This document shows positions 1 to 6,347 of a stretch of 6,347 bases of DNA, in pieces; the first letter of the stretch is position 1, and each line of letters starts with the position of its first letter. The position numbers and the translations under genes are program-made. The notes under the pieces are model-generated. The model had not been told where the DNA came from. It saw nothing but the letters and a program-made list of their open reading frames with translations, and searched no databases. The stretch is taken from assembly GCF_006345805.1 (NCBI RefSeq), contig NW_021829342.1:1-6347 (forward strand). The letters run 5' to 3'. The stretch is from Octopus sinensis (taxonomy: Eukaryota).

Positions 1-367
1 ATCAGAACGATCAGAATGAGTTTTCCGAGCTGCTGAACCTTCGTAATCACCATTAGACTCATCCAATTCTTTCCGAATCCTCTGCATTGTCTTGGAGTGC
101 TTCAAGAATAACCCCGACTATAGGATTACCTGTTGGAGTATTATACAAAGGATTCCCTGTCTGTGCTATTTGTGAGATTTTTCTTTTACTTTTCCCTTCT
201 TCTATTATTTCTTTCTTTCTAAAAATTTTTGGTTCATTCTTTTCATTATTTTAATTTCAGTTTCCTTTCCTTCTCCTTTATTTTGTTTTACTTCTATTTT
301 TATTCGGTTTTAATTTTTCGGCGGACTGTTTTTTTAAACTACTTTTGAACTGTTTTTTTTTGGGGAC

Positions 368-1603
368 ATGGCAGAGAAGGAACTTAAAAAGAAGAACTCT
401 GTCTTGGAGTGGGAAATTAACCCGCATAAGCAGTGGTTAAAAGATATGGAGGAGAGGACGGTGGTGGTTAGAACGTATTCTAAAGTTCTTGATTCCATCA
501 CTGTGTTCCCAAAACCAGTTATAAAAAATGAACTGAAAGACTATTTGTCTTCTGTGAAATACATATCCCGTGGTGTCAAACATGCAACCGTATGGTTGTT
601 GTTTGACAACCGAGAAAAGGCTCGCAATTTTGCGAGTTAGCTTTTAGAGGGCAACGAAATTCTGTTCCCCCCGTCGTACTGCGGGAGGAAATTAATAAGA
701 GCCTGGGTATGTGGGTTACCCCCATGCACCGAGGCGGGTTGGATTGAAGATACCATCCGAGGGGGACTGGGGGATAGCGGGCCCAGGCTCTTAAATGTAA
801 GGCTATTGCAGGTGGTCGATTGGGACCCCATCGGCCGCAACAGATCTGGTTTTTACAGACTTTTTAAATGGCTGGCTGCAGGTATCCGGTGATACTTGAG
901 GGACGCCCCCCAAGTGTCATTGCAGCCAGGCCACATTAAAAAGAACTGCCTCCAGGACCATGGTACGGTCCTGGAACAGTCACTGGATGCCACCTCCCCT
1001 ACCCGGTCAAAGGGAGAGGTGAATGTGGTTGAGGAGGCTTCAGCTTCCACAACCCCAAAAGGATTAAAAAGGAAGAAGTCGGGCAACAATAGTGGCCCGC
1101 CGAAGGACCCTAAGGCTTCGGGAGGTGGGGGAGAGACTCCGGACAAAGCGGAAGAGCTCCACTCTTTCGAAGTCAGAAAGAAAAGAAAAAAAAGAAAGAA
1201 AGAAGAACGGGTCATCGCAGAGGGGAAATGATGTGCCGTCTGTATGTCCCGAAGTTGCGCCAACCACGGTGGAAGAAACCACCCCCACCCTTAAAGATGA
1301 TGAATTAATTATCTTTTTCTACAAGGACGGGGAGGTGGAAAAATAGTAGAAGAACATAAAGAGACAGTAGATATGCCCTTCACACGGGATCCCGAATGGC
1401 CTCCGCAGATAGCTGTGGAGGTTATAAGGTTTTCCTTGTGGGGAAGGCTTAAAGGATTTGGGGAGGAGTGTCGCATATGGCCGGGTGGCCCTTACACGAC
1501 TTACATGTCCTACATGAGTGAGGCATGGGAAATGGCGGGATACAGGAACTCAAGCGGCATTGAAGATAATGATGAATATATCGATGGATATATCGATGAG
1601 TAG
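368..1603 (+). pseudogene. Degenerate ORF1 (gag-like nucleic-acid-binding protein) of a non-LTR retrotransposon, L1/Tx1-like; about 410 codons reconstructed
   Basis: Manual translation joins the track ORFs into one protein. Frame 2 runs 368-637 (MAEKELKK...ERTVVVRTYSK...VWLLFDNREKARNFAS), has TAG at 638-640, then continues LLEGNEILFPPSYCGRKLIRAWVCGLPPCTEAGWIEDTIRG. Frame 1 868-912 gives MAGCRYPVILEGRPP; frame 3 912-920 gives KCH; frame 2 from 920 gives LQPGHIKKNC plus a K/G/S-rich linker to ~1200. Frame 3 ~1203-1343 gives KNGSSQ...LKDDELIIFFYKDGEVEK; frame 2 1343-1603 gives IVEEHKETVDMPFTRDPEW...YIDE*. The order V-x-G-L/V-P-P, then V-x-x-E-G-x-P-x-x-C, then GHxxxxC is the typical layout of L1/Tx1-type ORF1. 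The segment is visibly more GC-rich than its flanks. One stop and at least five frame changes are needed. Confidence 0.8.
912..949 (+). other. Broken CCHC zinc knuckle (CX2CX4HX4C) within the ORF1 pseudogene
   Basis: AAG TGT CAT (KCH, 912-920) is followed in another frame by TTG CAG CCA GGC CAC ATT AAA AAG AAC TGC (LQPGHIKKNC, 920-949). The X4-H-X4-C spacing is intact. Restoring about 7 nt (x-C plus one shared base) gives C-H-x-C-L-Q-P-G-H-I-K-K-N-C. Confidence 0.75.
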
Positions 1604-1748
1604 GAGGTGAAAAAGCCTCGTTAGAGGGTTCGAAACCTCATCCTTATTGTACAATTTGTAGTGGTTTATAACCTCAATTGTCTCTTTAAAAAAAACATGT
1701 TAAGTAACAGGTTTTAGTGCCTCCTTCCTGTAAGAGGTTTGAAACCTC
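1604..1748 (+). repeat. Cluster of five short hairpin motifs, consensus GAGG-N7/8-CCTC
   Basis: 1604-1619 GAGGtgaaaaagCCTC; 1624-1639 GAGGgttcgaaaCCTC; 1661-1675 GtGGtttataaCCTC; 1708-1723 cAGGttttagtgCCTC; 1734-1748 GAGGtttgaaaCCTC (perfect 7-bp inverted repeat around a central G). Confidence 0.75.
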
Positions 1749-1920
1749 ATATTGATTTTTAAAAAAAGAAAATATGTTTTCGAGAAAAATCCAATCGGCG
1801 GGTGTTGGGTTTCGTCTCTCATTTATTCATTTTATTTCATTTTCATTTATTAATGTGTTTGTCCAACCCGCAAAGCTACACACTCTTTGTACTGTCTATG
1901 ATGACAAATTTTATGAAATA

Positions 1921-2302
1921 AAGTAGCTTGCTTACCAACCACATGGTTCCGGGTTCAGTCCCACTGCGTGCTACCTTGGGCAAGTGTCTTGTACTATAGC
2001 CTCGGGCCGACCAAAGCCCTGTGAGTGGATTTGGTAGACGGAAACTAAAAGAATCCCGTCGTATATATGTATATATATATATATATGTATATGTGTGTAT
2101 ATGTTTGTGCGTGTGTGTCCCCCTAACATTGCTTGAAACCGATGCTGATGTGTTTACGTCCCCGTAACTTAGCGGCTCGTCAAAAGAGACCGATAGAATA
2201 AGTACTAGGCTTACAAAGAATAAGTCCTTGGGTCGATTTGCTCGACTAAAATGCGGTGCTCCAGCATGGTCGCAGTCATATGAGTGAAACAAGTAAAAGA
2301 GT
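1921..2302 (+). mobile_element. tRNA-derived SINE (family 1), 5'-truncated, with internal microsatellite; resembles an abundant Octopus SINE
   Basis: T-arm/B-box-like GGGTTCAGTCCC at 1951-1962, with no A-box upstream. The body ACCTTGGGCAAGTG...GTGAGTGGATTTGGTAGACGGAAACT, internal (TA)/(TG) tract, and tail GCGGTGCTCCAGCATGG...GAAACAAGTAAAAGAG match my recollection of a cephalopod SINE consensus. No database search was run. Confidence 0.85.
2061..2118. repeat. (TA)n/(TG)n microsatellite inside the SINE
   Basis: gtatatatgtatatatatatatatatgtatatgtgtgtatatgtttgtgcgtgtgtgt. Confidence 0.95.
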
Positions 2303-2319
2303 CAAGCAATTTGTATGAA

Positions 2320-3140
2320 GGAATAAAAAAAGGGAATTAAAATATAAAATTGAAATTATTGAAAAAAAATATAATTAGGAATCATTTGAATTTAAAAATA
2401 TAATTGGAATTAAGTGAGAAAATATGAACGAAGGTTTGAAATTAGAATTAAGAAACAATTTAAAATTAAAGGATAGAATTTAGAATTGCAACCAAATGGA
2501 AATTAAGGAAGAATTTTAGAATTATGGTTAAAATTAAGGAAGGAAATTGTAATTAAGGGACAAAACTGAATTACAGGAATGAAATACAAAGCACAAAAAT
2601 TTAAATTATCGAGCAAAATTGGAAGTGATATATTTGAAATTTAGGAGCAAAATTAAAAATTCATTGTCAAAATTAAAATTAAGGGAAAAATTTAGAATTC
2701 CTTATGAAATTTGAAATACAAAATTGAAATTACGGGAGGAAATATATAATTATACAATAAAATTGAAATTCGAGCAGAGAATTGAATAACAAAAGTAAAT
2801 TCGGAGACAAAATTCAAATTTATGAAACAAAGTTAAATTTAAGAAAAGTAAAACCGAAATTAAGGAACAAAATATGAATGAAACAGCAAAATTAGGATTA
2901 AGGAAAAAAGAAATGAAATTAAGGAAGGACATTTATAATTATGGAAACGGAATTTGGAAGAAAATATTAAATATCAAAACCGAATTTCTGGAACAAAATT
3001 TAAAACTGAGGACCAAAATTGAAATTTAAAGAAAATAATTGATATTAAGGAACAAAATTTGAATTGAGTAACTAACGTAAAATTATAGAACAAAAAAAAA
3101 TGAAATTATGGAACAAAATTTAAATTATAAAACAACATTG
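2320..3140. repeat. Degenerate AT-rich minisatellite, unit ~19-21 bp, approximate consensus AAAATTGAAATTAAGGAAC
   Basis: Units start at about 2720, 2740, 2759, 2778, 2829, 2850, 2869 and 2888 (e.g. aaaattgaaattacgggagg, aaaattgaaattcgagcag, aaaaccgaaattaaggaac, aaaattaggattaaggaa). The same motif recurs from ~2345 to ~3135, roughly 40 units. Boundaries are approximate. Confidence 0.75.
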
Positions 3141-3309
3141 ATGAGGAAGAAAACAAAACAAAAAAACAATAATAGAGTAAAAGAATAAAAATAAAAATAA
3201 AAGAATGAAATTGGACATAGAAATAAATTCTTGTACAAGAATCAAATATCCAAAGTAATTAAATTATGACAAGAAATCAGAATTTCTACTCAGACAGCTT
3301 TAGCGTGTT

Positions 3310-3363
3310 TTGACATATATACATATATAATATACATGCAAATACACACTTACATATATATAT

Positions 3364-3397
<34 letters not shown>

Positions 3398-3500
3398 ATA
3401 TATATATATATATATGTATGTATGTATATACGTACGTGTGTGTGTATGTGTGTGTGTTTGTGTTTGGAGGTATGTATGTGTATGTGCGTTTATAATATTG
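3310..3500. repeat. Compound (TA)n / (TATG)n / (TG)n microsatellite
   Basis: Near-pure (AT)n at 3354-3415 grading into TATG and TG repeats to ~3485. Confidence 0.95.
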
Positions 3501-3604
3501 TAATTGTATATATGTTGTTTTTCTGTTTCAAACAAAATAGTAAAAAATTGTGCAATGTGCAATATTTTTTAGTTTAAAGGTGCGTGGGTGCGTGTATGTG
3601 TGAT

Positions 3605-3607
<3 letters not shown>

Positions 3608-3688
<81 letters not shown>

Positions 3689-3704
3689 TGGAGAGATAGG
3701 GCAA

Positions 3705-3743
<39 letters not shown>
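3608..3743. repeat. Interrupted (GA)n microsatellite ending in a G9 run
   Basis: (GA)n at 3608-3734 with a few interruptions; nine G at 3735-3743. Confidence 0.97.
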
Positions 3744-3749
3744 TGTGCG

Positions 3750-4096
3750 CTTGCCTATATGTGTATATATGGATTTTTCTGTATGTATACATATGTATGT
3801 ATATGGATTTTGTTGTATCTTGCAAACCAGATAGAAAGACGATGTACATAAATATATTGTAAATATATAATATATATATATATATAAATATATATATATA
3901 TATTATATTAATATATATATAATATATATATATATATAATGCGAGTGTGTATATATATATGTATATGTGTATGTGTATGTGTGTGGGTGTATCATATATA
4001 TATATACATACATATATTTACATATATGTAAATATATATATATCTATATATATATATATATATATATATATGAATATGGATATATATGTGTGTGGG

Positions 4097-4127
<31 letters not shown>

Positions 4128-4206
4128 ATACACACACATGTATAATACATATGTATGTTTGTGTATATGAGTGTATCTACATATGTATATACATATATAT
4201 ATATAC

Positions 4207-4271
<65 letters not shown>

Positions 4272-4345
4272 CATGTACGTTATAAATACACACAGACACA
4301 GACACACAGACACACACACATATATACACACACACACACACGAGC
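3750..4345. repeat. Compound (TA)n / (TG)n / (CA)n microsatellite field
   Basis: (AT)n at 3861-3940, 4030-4070 and 4097-4122; (CA)n at ~4207-4230 then (TA)n to ~4263; (CA)/(CAGA) at ~4286-4341. Confidence 0.95.
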
Positions 4346-4404
4346 ACAAAAACCGTCGCATGGGACGTTATGGATTGTGGTGCAAGAGAGGGACAACAGC
4401 AGCG

Positions 4405-4555
4405 GACGGTGGCGGCGGTGGCGGCGACGATGTTGATGATGATGGTGTTGCTGTTGTTGTTGTTGTTGTTAGTTACGACGAATAAATGACGTTGTGGTGG
4501 CGGTCGTGGCGAGGGAGGCGATGTCGCGTATGGTGGTGGTGATGGTGGGGGAGAT
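4405..4555. repeat. Degenerate trinucleotide repeats (GGC/GAT/GTT/GGT)n
   Basis: ggtggcggcggtggcggcgacgatgttgatgatgatggtgttgctgttgttgttgttgttgtt, followed by further GGT-type triplets. Confidence 0.9.
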
Positions 4556-4593
4556 GTCGATAGAAACAAAGATCTCTAAAATTTTAACGTGAT

Positions 4594-4599
4594 TACTAC

Positions 4600-4647
<48 letters not shown>

Positions 4648-4677
4648 ACTACTACTACTACTACACCATTACCACCA

Positions 4678-4716
<39 letters not shown>

Positions 4717-4717
4717 T
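4594..4717. repeat. (ACT)n trinucleotide microsatellite with a short (ACC)n interruption
   Basis: Long runs of tactactac; accattaccaccactacc interruption at ~4664-4683. Confidence 0.97.
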
Positions 4718-4814
4718 TCTTAGCCTTGATGTTAGGAAGGTATCCAGGGTGTGGGTTTGAGTCGTTGATGATCCAATGGATTCAATACCGGACATTGAAG
4801 GTGGGAACAGAAGT

Positions 4815-5280
4815 GCTGGTGGAGGCGAAAGTGGTGGTGTATGGCGCGGTAGTGGTGGTGGTGATGTAAGTGGTGGTACGGTGGTGGTGACTGTGATGAG
4901 GCCGGTGATACTGGTGGTATTGGTGGTGGTGGTGGTGATGGTTGTTATGGTGGTGGTAGTGGTTGGTGGTAGCGGTGGCGATGGTAGTGTTGGTGTTTGT
5001 TGGTGTTGGTAGTGGTGGGGATGATGGTAGTGGTTGTGTTGGTAGCAGTGGTAGTGGTGGTTAGTGATGCTGGTGGTGGCGATATTGGTGGTGGTGGTAC
5101 TGGTGGTGGTAACAGTGATGGTAGTGGTGTTGGTGGTAGCGGTGGCGATGGAGGTGGTGGTGGTGGTGGTTGTTAGTGTTGATAGTGGTGGTGGTGGTGG
5201 TGGTGGTGGTAGTGGTGGTGGTGGTGGTGATGGTGGTGGTGGTGGTTGGCGGTGATGGTAATAATCGTAGTGTTTATAGT
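4815..5280. repeat. Long degenerate (GGT)n / (GAT)/(GTA) trinucleotide tract
   Basis: About 460 bp of GGT-dominated triplets; purest at 5155-5245. Confidence 0.95.
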
Positions 5281-5314
5281 GATAATTGGAGCAAACATTC
5301 TGATGACGGTGGCG

Positions 5315-5500
5315 ATTTCGGAAGAGTGGGTAAATCAATTACATCGAACCCCAGTGTTCAACTGGTACTTATTTAATCGACCTCGAAAAGATGAAAGGCA
5401 AAGTCGACCTCAGCGTTATTTGAACTCAGAACGTAAAGACGGACGAAAAACTGCGAAGTATTTCGTCCGGCGTGCAACCGATTCTGCCAGCTCGCCTCCT
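5315..5500 (-). mobile_element. tRNA-derived SINE (family 2), copy A
   Basis: Minus strand reads GGCGAGCTGGCAGAATCGG (A-box TGGCAGAATCGG, 5489-5478) ... GAGTTCAAATA (B-box, 5427-5417) ... GGTCGACTTTGCCTTTCATC...AAATAAGTACCAGTTGAACACTGGGG. Alignable by eye to copies B and C. The 3' end is approximate. Confidence 0.9.
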
Positions 5501-5600
5501 ACAGTGATGATAATATTAACAGTAAATGTGAGTTCGAGTCACTACGAAAGCATTAACAATTCCAAACGCAAATTGATTCTAGTGAATGAAGGAATCAATC

Positions 5601-5818
5601 AATTACTCCTTTCTGATGTGGAGACAAGGTCTGAAATTTGTCGGGAGGGGCTAAGTTTATTTCATCGACCCCAGTGTTCAACTGGTACTTATTTCATTTA
5701 CCTCGAAAGGATAAAAACAAAGTCGCCCTCGGTGGAATTCGAACTCACAACCTGAAGACTGACAAAATACCGCCAAGCATTCTGCCCGGTGTGCTAACAA
5801 TTCTGTCAGCTTGCCACC
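5601..5818 (-). mobile_element. tRNA-derived SINE (family 2), copy B
   Basis: Degenerate A-box TGACAGAATTGT and good B-box GAGTTCGAATTCC (5746-5734). Shares the exact 28-mer CCCCAGTGTTCAACTGGTACTTATTT-containing core with copy A. Tail AAATTTCAGACCTTGTCTCCACATCAGAAAGGAGTAATT is homologous to the tail of copy C. Confidence 0.9.
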
Positions 5819-5822
5819 AGGA

Positions 5823-6035
5823 ATAGTAATAACACGTTCTACTATAGGCACAAGGCCCGGAATATCGGGGGAGCAGTTTAGTCAATTACATCGACGCCAG
5901 TACTCCACTGGTACTTATTATATCGATCCCGAAAGGATGAAATGTAAAGTCGACTTCGGTGGAATTTGAACTCTGAACCTGAAGATGGACGAAATACTGC
6001 AGAGCATTTCGTCCGGCCTGCAACCGATTCTACCA
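5823..6035 (-). mobile_element. tRNA-derived SINE (family 2), copy C, missing the first ~10 nt
   Basis: A-box TGGTAGAATCGG (6035-6024) and B-box GAGTTCAAATTCC (5973-5961). Core GTCGACTTTACATTTCATCCTTTCGGGATCGATATAATAAGTACCAG; tail GGGCCTTGTGCCTATAGTAGAACGTGTTATTACTATT. Confidence 0.9.
5961..6035 (-). promoter_or_regulatory. Pol III type-2 internal promoter (A-box and B-box) retained in SINE copy C
   Basis: Both boxes are close to the tRNA consensus and are separated by 50 nt. Activity is unknown. Confidence 0.6.
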
Positions 6036-6332
6036 TTAATGAATTAATGAATCTTGTCCTGTGTTCAAATTAGCTGTAGGTGTCATTTTCATTTGTTTAG
6101 GGGGGCAGTTTCAAAAATTTGCTTCAAGTTCTGTTTTTTTTTCTATACATCACCACGGCACATGTGGACAAGGGTCATATCCAGGAGGTTTTGAACCTTG
6201 TATTTCTCTCAGTCAGTATTCAACAACCGGAAGCTGAGAAACAGCCATTTGCAACCTATGAAAAAATAGATCGATTTCAACGAAGGGTGAGTCGTAAAAT
6301 AGGTTGATCAATCGAAAGGTAACTGAATTAAC

Positions 6333-6347
6333 GATGATGATGATGAT
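6333..6347. repeat. (GAT)n microsatellite running off the window edge
   Basis: Five GAT units to the end of the window. Confidence 0.85.

Larger units (their letters stand above)
368..1922 (+). mobile_element. Putative ORF1-only non-autonomous non-LTR element (HAL1-like), or a LINE copy that lost ORF2
   Basis: The ORF1 stop at 1601-1603 is followed by ~320 bp with no endonuclease/RT-like translation (the short ATG frame MFSRKIQSAG... has no N-terminal APE motif), then AATAAA at 1917-1922 where the SINE starts. The 5' boundary and target-site duplication were not identified. Confidence 0.5.

Noticed and set aside
637-1288. Minus-strand ORFs 637-840, 853-1263 and 1064-1288
   Set aside because: Antisense shadows of the plus-strand ORF1 pseudogene; no recognisable motifs.
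1576-1598. ATATATCGATG duplicated at 1576-1586 and 1588-1598 (YIDG YIDE)
   Set aside because: A simple in-frame 12-bp slippage duplication in the acidic tail; no evidence of wider meaning.
1604-1748. Hairpin repeats as a CRISPR array or Rho-independent terminators
   Set aside because: Repeats are 15-16 nt, irregularly spaced and divergent; there are no cas genes and the context is eukaryotic.
1798-1871. Imperfect inverted repeat GCGGG(TG)TTGG ... CCAACCCGC around an ATTT(C)-rich stretch
   Set aside because: Only 9 bp with a bulge; could be chance. Worth revisiting only if conserved in the element consensus.
1876-2292. 138-aa minus-strand ORF
   Set aside because: Lies entirely over the SINE and its microsatellite; a typical spurious repeat-derived ORF.
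2750-2932. 60-aa hydrophobic minus-strand ORF
   Set aside because: F/L/I richness follows directly from the T-rich strand of the minisatellite.
3350-4569. ORFs rich in YI, HT, ER, LS or CV dipeptides
   Set aside because: Direct translations of (TA)n, (CA)n, (GA)n and (TG)n repeats.
4661-5376. 225-aa Pro/Thr/His-rich mucin- or extensin-like ORF and overlapping poly-Val/Gly ORFs
   Set aside because: Trinucleotide tracts stay open in several frames on both strands; residue blocks switch with repeat phase, and the ORF start lies in SINE copy A.
5246-5826. ORFs 5246-5755 and 5638-5826 sharing the peptide TPVFNWYLF
   Set aside because: The shared peptide is the antisense translation of the same SINE core in copies A and B, not a protein repeat.
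5417-6035. tRNA genes
   Set aside because: A/B boxes are present, but no cloverleaf with an acceptor stem can be closed and each head runs into a SINE body.
6040-6256. Minus-strand frame LQMAVSQLPVVEY*LREIQGSKPPGYDPCPHVPW*CIEKK... with three TGA stops, and a plus frame with a loose HDAC-like VFFSIH...YPG look
   Set aside because: No convincing family match by eye; the stops and short length make both unsupported.

Overview
Repeat-dense, AT-rich eukaryotic intergenic or intronic DNA with no intact host gene. The SINE sequences resemble, from memory rather than a search, very abundant Octopus/coleoid cephalopod SINEs. From left to right: (1) 1-367, a possible decayed K/E-rich reading frame on the minus strand; (2) 368-1603, one ~410-codon non-LTR retrotransposon ORF1/gag-like pseudogene (RRM-like region, broken CCHC zinc knuckle, basic linker, extra C-terminal domain) that the ORF track splits into four pieces; (3) no ORF2 follows; instead there is a short 3' region with five GAGG-N7/8-CCTC hairpin motifs, ending in AATAAA at 1917-1922, which suggests an ORF1-only (HAL1-like) element; (4) a 5'-truncated tRNA-derived SINE at 1921-2302 (+); (5) a degenerate ~19-bp minisatellite at ~2320-3140; (6) ~2 kb of compound microsatellites, which generate all long ORFs called between 3350 and 5376; (7) three same-orientation copies of a second tRNA-derived SINE at 5315-6035 (-); (8) a short unique tail of unclear nature.
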